Source: an uncultured bacterium (lineage in GTDB: Bacteria > Krumholzibacteriota > Krumholzibacteriia > JACNKJ01). Taken from it: DNA of 64,000 bases. Location: the NCBI GenBank assembly GCA_963695095.1, contig CAVOFT010000001.1, forward strand, positions 128,001-192,000. The letters are read 5' to 3'. Positions 20,737-30,929 of this stretch are shown here, one piece after another. How positions within the stretch are numbered: position 1 is the first letter of the stretch; the number at the start of each line of letters is the position of its first letter. Both the position numbers and the translations under genes were made by a program. The notes below the pieces were generated by a model, which searched no databases, was not told where the DNA came from, and worked only from the letters and a program-made list of their open reading frames with translations.

Positions 20737-21561
20737 TCAGTCCAACAAGAAACTGCGCGGATCCTCCGGGATCCCGTTCCGGCGCACCTCGAAGTGGAGG
20801 TGGGGGCCGGTACTGCGCCCCGTGTTGCCGAGATAGGCGATGGGATCGCCCGCGCGCACCCGATCCTCTTTGCGCACCGATAGCGAGCTGTTGTGTCCGT
20901 AGAGGCTCGTCAGGCCAAACCCATGCTCGAGCAACACGAAGTTTCCGTACTCCTCGTTCCACCCCGCGACGAGCACGATGCCGTCGCCGGCCGCTCGTAT
21001 CGGATGACCGTGGGGCGCAGCAATATCGATGCCCGGATGGTATTCGTCGCCGCGCTTGCCATTGAATTCGCGAGTCACCCAGCCCCGCACGGGCCAGGTA
21101 CTCGGCGAGGCGTGGAGAAACTGCGCCCCATCGCCCATCAGGCTGCTCTCCAGCAAGGCCAGCGATTCCCCGCTGTGTGCAGCCCGCGTCACGCGCCCCT
21201 GGAGGAAGGAGTCCGGCAGCGCCTCGCGCACGCCAAGCATTTCCTGCACCTTGAGCAGGACCAGGGTCGTCTCCTCGAGCTGGGTCTCGAGGCTGTGGAC
21301 GCGAGCAACGCGCGTGGTCATGGCGTCGAGGCGGCGTTCGAGGATGCTCCGCTGCTGCCGCTCGAGGACAAGAGAGCCCGAGGAGAAGATCAGGAAGAGC
21401 AGGGCCAGGATGCCCACCACGATGAAGGCGGCCAGGAGGCGGAAGTACAGGAAAGGAATGTCCCAGTCGATGGACTCCTGGCCCGAGTCCGGGACGAGAT
21501 GGACGCGCACTCGGCGCGGGGCGCGTCGGCGAGTCTCCAGCAGCCACTTCCAGGCGGACAG
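20737..21561 (-). CDS. membrane-anchored M23 family peptidase
   Basis: TM segment, coiled coil, 'HPGIDIAA', 'YGHNS', 'GNTGRSTGPHLHFEV'; start either CTG 21561 (behind GGGAGG) or GTG 21510. Confidence 0.9.
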   Translation of the reverse strand: MSAWKWLLETRRRAPRRVRVHLVPDSGQESIDWDIPFLYFRLLAAFIVVGILALLFLIFSSGSLVLERQQRSILERRLDAMTTRVARVHSLETQLEETTLVLLKVQEMLGVREALPDSFLQGRVTRAAHSGESLALLESSLMGDGAQFLHASPSTWPVRGWVTREFNGKRGDEYHPGIDIAAPHGHPIRAAGDGIVLVAGWNEEYGNFVLLEHGFGLTSLYGHNSSLSVRKEDRVRAGDPIAYLGNTGRSTGPHLHFEVRRNGIPEDPRSFLLD

Positions 21562-21593
21562 TTCGGCCTCCCTGCGTCGACGATCGAGAAACC

Positions 21594-22505
21594 CTAGTGC
21601 ATCCCATCCAGGGAAACACCAAGAACTTGCATGATGCGTTCCAGCTCCCGATCGCTGGCGAAGCTCACCAGGAGCTTCCCGCGGCCGGCCTTGTAGCTGA
21701 GCTGCACCGGCAGGCCGATGCGCGCCTCCAGCCCCGCCTGGATGCTGCGCAGGAGGGGATCGCTGGCGCCGCCGCCGGGGCGGGGCTGCTCGGGCTTGCG
21801 CACCTTGGCCAGGCGCTCCACCTGCCGCACGGAGAGATTGCGGCGCTCGACGAGGCGAGCCAGTTCCAGGCAGGCCGTGCGCTCGAGCTTGATCAGGGCC
21901 CGCACATGCCCGGCGCTCAGCGTGCCCCGCGCGACCATCGCCTGCACCTCGTCGGGCAAGTTCAAGAGGCGTAGCGTATTGGAGATGGTGCTGCGGTCCT
22001 TGCCGAGGTGGGCGCCCAGCTCTTCTTGCGTCCAGGCAAACTCGTTGACCATGACGCGGTAGGCCTGCGCCTCCTCGATGGGGTTGAGGTCGTCGCGCTG
22101 GAGATTCTCCACGAGGGCCAGCTTGAGGCTCTCGCGCTCATCGACCTCCGTGAGAATGGCGGGGATGCTGGTTCGCCCCGCGATCTGGCTGGCCCGATAC
22201 CGGCGCTCGCCGGCGACGATCTCATAGCGCTCGCCGCGCCTGGTGACGAGGATGGGCTGGATGACCCCCTCCTGGGCGATCGAGTTGGCAAGCTCGGTCA
22301 GCTTGTCATCATCGAAGTGTCGTCGCGGTTGGCGGGGATTGGCGGCGACCGAGTCCAGCGGCAGCTCCATCACTAATCTCTCCAGTGGGTTCTGTGGGAA
22401 GCGCTCCCGCTGCAGGGCGACCGCCCGCCCGGACTCCGCCTGGGCCACCGGACGCTCATCAGACAGGATGGCATCAAGCCCCTTGCCCAATACCTTTTTC
22501 TGCAT
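21594..22505 (-). CDS. parB: chromosome partitioning protein ParB/Spo0J
   Basis: 'LGKGLDAIL', 'NPRQPRRHF', 'AGERRYRA', 'ENLQRDDLNPIEEA', HTH 'TQEELGAHLGKDRSTISN'. Confidence 0.97.
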   Translation of the reverse strand: MQKKVLGKGLDAILSDERPVAQAESGRAVALQRERFPQNPLERLVMELPLDSVAANPRQPRRHFDDDKLTELANSIAQEGVIQPILVTRRGERYEIVAGERRYRASQIAGRTSIPAILTEVDERESLKLALVENLQRDDLNPIEEAQAYRVMVNEFAWTQEELGAHLGKDRSTISNTLRLLNLPDEVQAMVARGTLSAGHVRALIKLERTACLELARLVERRNLSVRQVERLAKVRKPEQPRPGGGASDPLLRSIQAGLEARIGLPVQLSYKAGRGKLLVSFASDRELERIMQVLGVSLDGMH

Positions 22506-23253
22506 GGATGACCTCCTGGGCGAGACGGATATAGCTCTGGGCGCCGACGGACTCGACATCGTAGAGGATCACGGGCTTGCCGAAGGAGGGCGACTCCGAG
22601 AGCTTCACATTGCGGGGAATGACGCTGGCGTAGACCCGATCGCCGAAGTACTCGATGGCCTCCTGGGCGACCTGCCGGGAGAGGTTGAGCCTCCGGTCGT
22701 ACATGGTGAGCAGGATCCCCTCGATGAAGAGGCTCGGGTTGAGTCCCTGCTGGATGCGGGTGATCACGCTGAGGAGCTGGCCAAGTCCTTCCAGCGCATA
22801 GTATTCGCACTGTATGGGGATCAGCACCGAGTGGGCGGCGGAGAGCACGTTCACGGTGAGCAGCCCCAGGCTCGGCGGGCAGTCGATGATCATGAAGGCG
22901 CAGTCCGCCGCCGGGGCCAGGGCCTTGCGCAGGAAGTAGGCCCGCTCGGGCTGATCGACGAGCTCGACCTCCAGGCCGCTCAGCTGGTGCGTCGCTGGCA
23001 GGAGCCGGAGCCCGGGCAGCTGGGTGTCCAGCGTGGCCTCGGCGAGCGTCGCCTGACCGATGAGCAGCTCGTAGATGGACCGCTCGACACTCTGGACAGA
23101 CACGCCAACTCCGCTAGTAGCATTGGCTTGCGGGTCCATATCCACTAGCAGCACGCTGTGTCCCGCCGCCGCGATGCTGGCGCTCAGGTTGACCGCGGTC
23201 GTGGTCTTCCCGACGCCACCCTTCTGGTTGGCGATGGCGATGATTCGTGGCAT
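22474..23253 (-). CDS. parA: chromosome partitioning ATPase ParA/Soj
   Basis: 'NQKGGVGKTTT', 'DMDPQANAT', 'IDCPPSLG', 'QCEYYALEG', 'IPRNVKLSESPSFG'. Confidence 0.97.
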   Translation of the reverse strand: MPRIIAIANQKGGVGKTTTAVNLSASIAAAGHSVLLVDMDPQANATSGVGVSVQSVERSIYELLIGQATLAEATLDTQLPGLRLLPATHQLSGLEVELVDQPERAYFLRKALAPAADCAFMIIDCPPSLGLLTVNVLSAAHSVLIPIQCEYYALEGLGQLLSVITRIQQGLNPSLFIEGILLTMYDRRLNLSRQVAQEAIEYFGDRVYASVIPRNVKLSESPSFGKPVILYDVESVGAQSYIRLAQEVIHAEKGIGQGA

Positions 23254-23326
23254 GGGGAGTCCCTTTCACTGGACGGGGGATGGGCGCTGCCTGTTGTAGC
23301 GCGCTTTCCACTCGAAGTCAACGAGA

Positions 23327-23342
23327 CGTTTCACGTGGAACA
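23327..23342. promoter_or_regulatory. parS site (rsmG-parA intergenic)
   Basis: CGTTTCACGTGGAACA (rc TGTTCCACGTGAAACG) matches the conserved parS TGTTNCACGTGAAACA at 15/16. Confidence 0.9.
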
Positions 23343-23352
23343 TCTGCTGCCA

Positions 23353-24189
23353 TCAGCGCCAGGATCCCCACAGGAAGCAGAGCGGTCGCTCGCTGCCCAG
23401 AAAGAGCAGTTGGGATGGAAAGGTCCAGCCGGCCCGCGACCACCTGCGGCCGTCCTCGGTCCACTCCTTGGTCAGGCCGGGAATCCCCTTGAGCATCAGG
23501 GCCTCGCTCAGCCATTCCTCGGCCTGGAGTTCCTTGCACCAGCCGAGAGTGTCGACCACGGAGCCGAGGGCGCGGGCAATCAGGCAGCCCGGGCCGGGCC
23601 AGCCCTCCTCTTCCAGCCAGGGCGGCAGGGAGGGGTCCTCCAGGCGGCCGCCCCAGATGCCGACGCGGTCGAGTTGCAGGTCCTCGAGGGTCTGCTCCAG
23701 GAAGTCCGCCTTCTGCCCCCGGGATTCGACGAGCAGCAGGCCCGGCGGGACCGCACCGAGATCGCCCTGGACGAGATGAACCGGGAGGCCGGGCACGCCT
23801 GAGCCGCTGCCTGCATCGAGCAGAAACCGATAGGGCTCCGCCTCGGGGTCCGTTTCACGTGAAACGAGGCTCAGCGCAAGGGCAAAGGGCAGAGAATCCA
23901 GCAGGTTGACGAGTATCTGCTGCTCCGGATCCCGCCGGGAGACGAGATTCAGGCGCTCGTTGGCCTCGAGAACCCGCTGGGCGTAGAGTTCCAGACGCTC
24001 GAGGCAGGCGGCGGAGGGCAGCGGCCGGCCTTCGCCCAGGTCCAGGGGGCGGATGCGAGGCGCCTGCTTCAGCGCCGGGTTCAGGGCGGCCTCGGGAATC
24101 GGGGCACCCTTCGCCAGCCACTGCTCGTGGGCATTCAACTCGCGCTCCCAGGCCTCCCCGATGGCCTGGGCGCTGAGCCTGCTGCTCAT
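23353..24189 (-). CDS. rsmG: 16S rRNA m7G527 methyltransferase (GidB)
   Basis: 'NERLNLVSR', 'LLDSL', '[11 protein letters not shown]', '[12 protein letters not shown]', 'ARAL'; canonical position between mnmG and parA. Confidence 0.85.
   Translation of the reverse strand: MSSRLSAQAIGEAWERELNAHEQWLAKGAPIPEAALNPALKQAPRIRPLDLGEGRPLPSAACLERLELYAQRVLEANERLNLVSRRDPEQQILVNLLDSLPFALALSLVSRETDPEAEPYRFLLDAGSGSGVPGLPVHLVQGDLGAVPPGLLLVESRGQKADFLEQTLEDLQLDRVGIWGGRLEDPSLPPWLEEEGWPGPGCLIARALGSVVDTLGWCKELQAEEWLSEALMLKGIPGLTKEWTEDGRRWSRAGWTFPSQLLFLGSERPLCFLWGSWR
23851..23866. promoter_or_regulatory. parS site inside rsmG
   Basis: Perfect palindrome CGTTTCACGTGAAACG, read as VSRET in RsmG. Confidence 0.9.
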
Positions 24190-26047
24190 CGGCTGCCCTC
24201 CATGCGTCGCTGCGCGCGCGAGCGGCTCTCGAGGTGGACCATCAGCACCGAGAGATCGCTGCGCCTTACCCCCGGTACGCGCCCGGCCTGGCCGAGACTG
24301 GCCGGACGCGCGAGCCCCCAGCGCTCACGGGCCTCGTTGCTGAGGCCGGCGATCCCGGTATAGTCCGTATCCTCTGGTATAACAAGAGCTTCTAGCCGCC
24401 GGTGCTTCTCGACCGCCCGCCGCTCCCGATCGATATAGCCCTCGTACTTCACGCGTGTCTCGAGGCGAGCGCGCTCCCTGCCGTTCATGGGCTCGAGATC
24501 CGGGAGCGAGGCCTCGAGGTCGTCGATCCCCACTCCGGGGCGCTTGAGCAGCTGGAGGGCCGTGGACACCGAGTCGCTCGCGCCGGGCTCCGGCGCACCC
24601 GATCGAAGCTGTAACTTATCTATATACATGTAGTTACTTTCTGTTCGCCGCTCGGATTCCCGCTGCCGGGCAAAGGCCTCGTCATCGATGAGGCCCAGCG
24701 CATGGCCCTGGCCCATGAGCCGCTCCTCGGCGTTGTCGCAGCGCAGGAGGAGCCGGAACTCGGCTCGCGAGGTGAACATGCGGTAGGGCTCGTCGGCGCC
24801 CAGGGTGACCAGATCGTCCACCATGACCCCCAGATAGGCTTCCGCTCGATCCGGAACCCAGGCCGAACGGCCCTCCGCCGCGAGGCTGGCATTGATGCCG
24901 GCCAGCAGACCCTGCGCCGCGGCCTCTTCGTAGCCGCTGGTCCCGTTGATCTGCCCTGCCAGGAAGACCCCGGGCAGCGCGCGCAGCTCCAGGCTGGGCC
25001 GCAGCTGGCGCGGGTCGACGGCGTCGTACTCCACGGCATAGCCCGGCCTGAGCATCTCCGCGGCTTCGAGCCCGGGAATCTCGTGGAGCATGGCAAGCTG
25101 GATCTCGGCGGGCAGGCTGGTCGAGAGCCCGTTCACGTAGATCGAGTCCGTCTGCAGGCCCTCGGGCTCCAGGAAGAGCTGGTGCCGCTCGCGGTCGGCG
25201 AAGCGCATGACCTTGTCCTCGATGGAAGGACAGTAGCGCGGCCCGATCCCGCTGATGCGGCCATTGTAGAGGGGGCTCGCGGCGAGATTGTCCGCGATGA
25301 GGCGGTGGACCGCCGGCGTCGTGGCCGTGATGAAGCAGTCCACCTGGGGCCGGTTGATCGCTGCCGTCCGGAAGGAGAAGGGCTGCGGCGGCTCGTCGCC
25401 CGGCTGCCGAGCGCAGCGCTCGAAGTCGATGCTCCCGCGGCGGAGCCGTGGCGGCGTGCCGGTCTTCAGGCGCTGCAAGCGCAAGCCCAGGCCGCGCAGG
25501 GCTTCGCTGAGGCCTTCCGCGGCCGCTTCGCCGCGGCGCCCCCCGGCTCTTGATGCGCGCCGGTGTGCATCAGTCCGCGGAGGAAGGTCCCCGTGGTCAG
25601 CACGAGGGCGCGAGCGCCGAGCCTGGCGCCGTTCGCGAGCAGGAGTCCGGCGAAGCGGCCCCCATCGCTGAGGAGGCCCGTCACCTCGCCCTCCAGCAGG
25701 CTCAGCCCGGACTGCGCGCGCAGCTTCGCCAGCATGCCCTGGGCATAGGCCTCCTTGTCGGCCTGGGCGCGCGGGGCCCGCACCGCCGGGCCCTTGCGCG
25801 TGTTGAGCATGCGGAACTGGATGCCGTGGGCGTCGATGTGCCGGGCCATCTCGCCGCCCAGGGCATCGATTTCGCGGACGAGCTGGCCCTTGCCCAGACC
25901 GCCGATCGCCGGGTTGCAGCTCATGCGCGCGACGCTCTCGAGCGAGAGCGTGACCAGGCCCGTCGCAAAGCCGCGCCGCGCGCAGACCAGCGCGGCCTCC
26001 ACGCCGGCGTGACCGCCGCCCACGACCAGGATGTCGTAACTGCTCAC
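24186..26047 (-). CDS. mnmG: tRNA uridine-5-carboxymethylaminomethyl modification enzyme GidA (frameshift at the C-run near 25540)
   Basis: '[11 protein letters not shown]', 'MSCNPAIGG', 'LKTGTPPRL', '[11 protein letters not shown]', '[17 protein letters not shown]', '[11 protein letters not shown]'. Confidence 0.95.
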
Positions 26048-26054
26048 GGCTCGC

Positions 26055-27437
26055 TCACTTCCCCACGCAGAAGCTGGCGAAGATCTCGCTCAGGACCTCT
26101 TCGCCGAGTTGACGGCCACTCAGCTCGTCCAGGGCCATCAGGGCTTCCCGCAGGTCCCGCGCGAGCAGTTCGCTCTCGAGCGCGGCCACGGTCGGCGCGT
26201 CCAGCGCCTCGAGCGCGGCGGCCGCCGCTTGCAGGCGCGCCTGCTGGCGACGGTTGAGGGCGAAGTCCAGCTCGAGCAACTCCTGCTGGCGCCCGCCCGT
26301 GGCGAGCGCCAGGAGCCGGTCCTTCAAGGCCGCCAACCCCTGCCCCGTAAGCGCCGACACCAGCAGGCAGGGCTGGCCTTCCGGCAGCAGCGCCGCATAG
26401 GGACCGGCATCGCAGCCCGGCAGGTCGGCCTTGTTGACGAGCAGCAGGTCCCTGCCCCTGCGCAGGCCGCGCAGGCGCTGCGCCTCGTCGGCCGTGGGCG
26501 GGCGGCTCCCGTCGCAGATCCAGAGGCTGAGGCGGGCGGCAGCTTCGGCGGCCGTCCCGCGCGCCACGCCCTGGCGCTCGGCCTCCGCGTGTGCATCGCG
26601 GAGACCGGCGGTGTCCACGAGGTGGAAGAGCAGGCCGGCCTGCTGGTAGGTTTCGCGCAGGAGATCGCGGGTGGTCCCCGGCTCGGCGGTGACGATCGCG
26701 CGCTCCTCGCCGAGCAGAGCGTTGAAGAGGGAGCTCTTGCCCACATTCGGCGCCCCCATCAGGGCGACCGTGATGCCCTCGCGCAGGATCAGGCCATCGG
26801 CCGCCCCCGCCAGCAGTTCAGCCATCTCGGCGCGCAAGCGATCGAGGTTCGTGGCCACGGCCTCCCGGCTGACGAACTCGATGTCCTCTTCCGCGAAGTC
26901 GATGGCCGCCTCGAGGTCGCGCAGCTGCTCGAGAAGGCGCCGCCTGAGCGGCGCGATGCGCCGGCTCAGGCTGCCGCCGAGCTGCTGCAGCGCCAAACGC
27001 CGGGCGGCTTCGCTCCGACTGTGGATGAGCTCGGCCACCGCTTCGGCCTGGATGAGGTCGAGGCGCCCGTTCAGGAAAGCGCGATAGGTGAACTCGCCCG
27101 CGTGGGCGGCCTTCAGCCCCAGGCCGTAGAGCGTCTCCAGGATGGCGCGCACCGTGGCCGGCCCGCCGTGCGTGGAGATCTCGACCAGGTCCTCGCCGGT
27201 GAAGCTGCGCGGGCCGGGCATCCAGGCGGCGAGGACTTCATCCAGCGCTCGCCCCTGCGCATCCACCAGTTCGAGATGATGCAGATAGCGCGCCTTCAAG
27301 GCGAGCGGGGCGCTTCCCGGCTTGATCATCGCCTCGAGCGCTCCGCGCGCGCGGGGACCACTGAGGCGCAGCACGGCCAGGGCGCCTTCGCCCGGCGCCG
27401 TGGCCAGGGCGGCAATGGTCTCCTCAGGCGGGTGCAT
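26055..27437 (-). CDS. mnmE: tRNA modification GTPase TrmE
   Basis: 'ETIAALAT', '[16 protein letters not shown]', '[10 protein letters not shown]', 'PGTTRD', 'DTAG', 'NKAD', terminal 'FCVGK'. Confidence 0.97.
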   Translation of the reverse strand: MHPPEETIAALATAPGEGALAVLRLSGPRARGALEAMIKPGSAPLALKARYLHHLELVDAQGRALDEVLAAWMPGPRSFTGEDLVEISTHGGPATVRAILETLYGLGLKAAHAGEFTYRAFLNGRLDLIQAEAVAELIHSRSEAARRLALQQLGGSLSRRIAPLRRRLLEQLRDLEAAIDFAEEDIEFVSREAVATNLDRLRAEMAELLAGAADGLILREGITVALMGAPNVGKSSLFNALLGEERAIVTAEPGTTRDLLRETYQQAGLLFHLVDTAGLRDAHAEAERQGVARGTAAEAAARLSLWICDGSRPPTADEAQRLRGLRRGRDLLLVNKADLPGCDAGPYAALLPEGQPCLLVSALTGQGLAALKDRLLALATGGRQQELLELDFALNRRQQARLQAAAAALEALDAPTVAALESELLARDLREALMALDELSGRQLGEEVLSEIFASFCVGK

Positions 27438-27490
27438 GGCCTCGCGGAACCGGCTGCCGGCCCTTCGCAGCGGGCCGGCTGGACAGGGGG

Positions 27491-28912
27491 CTAACGGCGG
27501 CGACGCCGGCGAGCCGACGCACTGCTACTCTCACCATCCATCTTGAGGACGCGGCGCGCCAGCTCGCTCGGAAAGGCCTTCTCGCCCGAGTCGTCGCCGA
27601 CCGCACGCGAGGGGCTGAGGTCATCCTTGCTCCTGGCTGCCGGACCGCTGGCCTCTTCGGCCCCTCCGCCCGGACTCCAGGAATCCTCGCGGCGACGGTC
27701 ATCGCGGTCGCGGGGCTCCCGCTCGCGGCGCCGATCATCGCGCTCGCCGCGCCCGCGCTCACCGCGCCCGCGACCGGAGCTGCGCTCGCCGCCCCGCTCT
27801 GCACTGCCTTCGCTGCCGCGCTCGCTGCGGTGCTCGCTGCGCTGCTCGCTGCGCTGCTCAGCGCTGCGCTCGGGTCGATCCCCCGCCTCGCGGGCACGGT
27901 CGTCCGGAACGGGCGTGTCCCGTGGCGCCGACTCGGCGACCGGAGCCGGCGCGCCTGCTTCGCTGCGCCCGCGGGGTCCGCGATCGCGGCCTTCGCGGCC
28001 GCGTCCCTCGCCACGCGAGCGGCCGCCGCGCCGTCGCCCTGAGCGCTCCCTCGGCGCTCCGGCCTCCTGGACCGGCTCGGCGGGCGCTGCGGGGCCTTCA
28101 CTGCGGGGCTGGCGCTGCCCGCTCTGGCTGGCTCTGCCGGCCCCCCGCAAGCGCTCGCGTTCTTCTTCGCGCCGCCACTGCGCCTCGGCGGCCACCATGG
28201 CCTCATCTTCGTCCTCGCCGTCCTCGGAGGGAAGGCGCTGGGATTTGAATCCGGGATCGGGCACGCGATCATAGGCGGTCTCGTCGTCACGGGCGCCGGC
28301 GGGCGAGATCACGACGCGGCGGCGCGAACCGCGGCCCACCGTGTAGGTGCTCACGTCCTCCCGCTCGGCCAGGGCGACGTGCACGATGCGCCGGTCCTGG
28401 GCGCTCATGGGATCCAGGGTCAGGCTGCGGCCCTCGGCCAGGGCCTGGTTGGCGGCCTCCACGGCCGTCTCGGCGAGGCCCGCCTCGCGGCGCGCCCGGT
28501 AGTCGCCCACGTCGATGTTCACCACGGCGTTGCGCCCCTTGCGAGCGGCGACGATGCGCTGCGACAGATGGCGCAGGGCGTCCAGGGTCTGGCCGCGGCG
28601 GCCGATGAGCAGGCCGTCGTCCTCGGGGGCATCGATGCGGATGTCCGTCTCGTCACCGCGCGTGTCCACGGAGAGGGCGAACTTCACGTCCATCAATTCC
28701 AGCAGGGTGCGCACCACCTCGGCCGGATCCCCGGCGCCGGCGGCCACGGGCTGTAGGCGCAGGCGCACAGGCTTGCCGCCCAGGCCGAGGAAGCCGCGGC
28801 CGCCCTCCTCGAGAACCTGCACGCGTACTTCGGCGGGGCTCAGGCCCAGGCTGGCCAGGCCCTTGGCCAGGGCCTCGTCCTTGGTCTTGCCTTCGACTTC
28901 GATGCTTTTCAT
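27491..28912 (-). CDS. jag: Jag/EloR/KhpB RNA-binding protein with a long disordered C-terminal tail
   Basis: Jag_N 'EVEGKTKDEAL', KH 'LLIGRRGQTLDAL', R3H 'PMSAQDRRIVHVAL'; about 270 aa Arg/Glu/Gly/Ser-rich extension. Confidence 0.9.
   Translation of the reverse strand: MKSIEVEGKTKDEALAKGLASLGLSPAEVRVQVLEEGGRGFLGLGGKPVRLRLQPVAAGAGDPAEVVRTLLELMDVKFALSVDTRGDETDIRIDAPEDDGLLIGRRGQTLDALRHLSQRIVAARKGRNAVVNIDVGDYRARREAGLAETAVEAANQALAEGRSLTLDPMSAQDRRIVHVALAEREDVSTYTVGRGSRRRVVISPAGARDDETAYDRVPDPGFKSQRLPSEDGEDEDEAMVAAEAQWRREEERERLRGAGRASQSGQRQPRSEGPAAPAEPVQEAGAPRERSGRRRGGRSRGEGRGREGRDRGPRGRSEAGAPAPVAESAPRDTPVPDDRAREAGDRPERSAEQRSEQRSEHRSERGSEGSAERGGERSSGRGRGERGRGERDDRRREREPRDRDDRRREDSWSPGGGAEEASGPAARSKDDLSPSRAVGDDSGEKAFPSELARRVLKMDGESSSASARRRRRR
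27818..27870. repeat. imperfect 12-bp tandem repeat in the jag tail
   Basis: GCTCGCTGCG(C/G)T units encoding SAEQRSEQRSEHRSER. Confidence 0.6.
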
Positions 28913-28924
28913 TGCGCTCACTCC

Positions 28925-30679
28925 TTAAGCCCCCGCGCTGATGACTTGGGGCTTATCCAGGCCTTTGTGGATGTAGTACTGCTGGGCGACCTGGAGGATG
29001 TTGTTCACCAGCCAGTAGAGGACGAGTCCCGAGGGCATGCGGTAGAAGATGAAGGTCATGAAGACGGGCATGATCTTGTTCATCATGGCCATCTGCCCCG
29101 CCTGGGGGCTGTCCGTGCCCATGCCCATGCCCGAACCGCCCAGCTTCTGCTGCGCCCACATGGACAGGCCCATGAGGATGGGCAGCACGCTGATCGAGTT
29201 CTCGATGAAGTTGCCCAGGAGCGGGATCGCAAAGGGCAGCTGGTAGATGACGTCCATGTTGGACAGGTCGTCCATCCACAGCATGAAGCCGGCGCCCCGC
29301 AGCTCCACCGCCCCGCGCAGCACGCGGTAGAGGGCAAAGAAGACGGGCATCTGGAGCAGCAGGGGCAGGCAGCCGCTCAGCGGGTTGACGCCTGCTCGCT
29401 TGTAGAGCTCCAGGGTCTCGCGGTTCAGGCGCTCGCGGTCGCCCTTGAACTTGGTCTGCAGGGCCTTCAGCTCGGGCTGAATGGCCTGCATCTCCTTCAT
29501 CGACTTGAGGCTCTTGTGTGTCAGCCGATAGAAGAGGACCTTCGTGAACACGGACAGGATGATGATGACGAGGCCGTAGTTGGGGATGAAGCGGCTCAGG
29601 AAGTCCATGAGCCACTTGGTGGCCAGGCTGATCGGGCGGATCAGCTTGCCCATGTCCACCAGGTGCTCGAGACCGCGGCCGTGCGCTTTCAGCTCATCGA
29701 AGGCCAGCGGGCCCGCATAGACCTCGAAGTCCTCGGCATAGCGCAGGCGGCTGCCCCCGAGCAGGAAGCGCGCGCGCCAGCCCAGGGTCTCCGCATCGTG
29801 ATTGCCGACGAGCTGGGCGCTGCCGTTTTGCAGGTTGGACGGCACGAGCGCAGCCAGGAAGTACTTGGTCTTGGTGCCCACCCACTGGATCGTCCCCTCC
29901 TCGGAGCTCACCACCGTGGCGGGGTCCTTGAAGTTGCGCAGGCTCTTCTTTTCCTCCTGCTCGCCGACCCGCTGGACGTTCTGGAAGGAGCTGAGGTCGT
30001 CCTTGCGGTTCTTCTCGGTAACCTCGAGCCCCGCGCCCCAGTCCACCGTGAGCGCCTGGGCCTGGGCGAAGCCGCCCTGCAGATCCGCCTCCACGGCTAG
30101 CCCGATGTCATAGCTGTCGCCCCTCAGCGTGAATCGCTTCACGAGGGCGCCGCCGGCGGCATCCTGCAGCCGGAACTCGATCTTGCCTTCCTGCCCGCCG
30201 CGCAAGCGCAGGGCGCCTCCGGCCGGCGGGTTCAGCAGCGTAAAGGGCGCTTCGCCGCTCACGAAGACGCCGGCCGGCAGGTCGATGTCGATGCCCAGCA
30301 CGCCGCTCGTGTCGCCGCGGGCAACGGCGCCCAGCAGCTCGACGTGCTCGCTGCCGACGCCGGCAAAGCCCAGCAGCTCGACGCGCCGCAGCAGGGCGCC
30401 GCGAGAATCGAAGAGGTAGCGCGCCAGGTCCGTCTCGACGACGACCTGCTCGCGCCGAGCCTCCGCAGGCATGAGCTGGGGGGATTGGGCCGGCGTGGCC
30501 GCCGCCGGCGCGGGTGCTGCTGCCGGCGCGGCCGGGCTGGCAACAGGGGCCTGCTGGGACACCGTGCTGTCCGCCGGGGCCGTGGCGCGCGGCGCAGCCT
30601 GGAAGCGGGACATCCAGAGAGACCAGATGACCAAGAGCAAGAAGATCAGGCCGAAGCCGATACGCGTAGTGCGGTCCAT
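28925..30679 (-). CDS. yidC: membrane protein insertase YidC
   Basis: N-terminal TM plus periplasmic domain, 'NYGLVIIIL', 'GCLPLLLQMPVF', 'PSGLVLYWLVNN'. Confidence 0.97.
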   Translation of the reverse strand: MDRTTRIGFGLIFLLLVIWSLWMSRFQAAPRATAPADSTVSQQAPVASPAAPAAAPAPAAATPAQSPQLMPAEARREQVVVETDLARYLFDSRGALLRRVELLGFAGVGSEHVELLGAVARGDTSGVLGIDIDLPAGVFVSGEAPFTLLNPPAGGALRLRGGQEGKIEFRLQDAAGGALVKRFTLRGDSYDIGLAVEADLQGGFAQAQALTVDWGAGLEVTEKNRKDDLSSFQNVQRVGEQEEKKSLRNFKDPATVVSSEEGTIQWVGTKTKYFLAALVPSNLQNGSAQLVGNHDAETLGWRARFLLGGSRLRYAEDFEVYAGPLAFDELKAHGRGLEHLVDMGKLIRPISLATKWLMDFLSRFIPNYGLVIIILSVFTKVLFYRLTHKSLKSMKEMQAIQPELKALQTKFKGDRERLNRETLELYKRAGVNPLSGCLPLLLQMPVFFALYRVLRGAVELRGAGFMLWMDDLSNMDVIYQLPFAIPLLGNFIENSISVLPILMGLSMWAQQKLGGSGMGMGTDSPQAGQMAMMNKIMPVFMTFIFYRMPSGLVLYWLVNNILQVAQQYYIHKGLDKPQVISAGA

Positions 30680-30713
30680 GCGACCTCTCGCAGAGATCTG
30701 CCGATCCGGTCCC

Positions 30714-30929
30714 CTACTCAGGCACCGGGTCGTGGCCGCCCGGACTCAGGGGGTGGCAGCGGCCCAAGCGGCGCAGGGCCAGCGCGCCCCCCTTGAGGGT
30801 TCCGTGCCGCTTCAGGGCCTGCTCGGCATAGCAGGAGCAGGAGGGGAAGAAGCGGCATGCATCGGGAAGGACGGGCGAGATGAGTTTGCGGTAGGCGCGG
30901 AGGAGGTAGAGGAGCGGCCTATCGAGCAT
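30714..30929 (-). CDS. yidD: membrane protein insertion efficiency factor
   Basis: 'ISP...CRFFPSCS.Y...RLGRCHP..PGG.DPVP'. Confidence 0.95.
   Translation of the reverse strand: MLDRPLLYLLRAYRKLISPVLPDACRFFPSCSCYAEQALKRHGTLKGGALALRRLGRCHPLSPGGHDPVPE

Noticed and set aside
24605..24645. dif or loxP recombination site
   Set aside because: Only superficial resemblance; arm sequences and lengths do not match XerC/XerD or loxP, and dif is expected near the terminus. Kept only as an unexplained motif.
27818..27870. Short tandem repeats as CRISPR or a functional DNA repeat
   Set aside because: 12-bp in-frame coding repeats without spacers, and no cas genes
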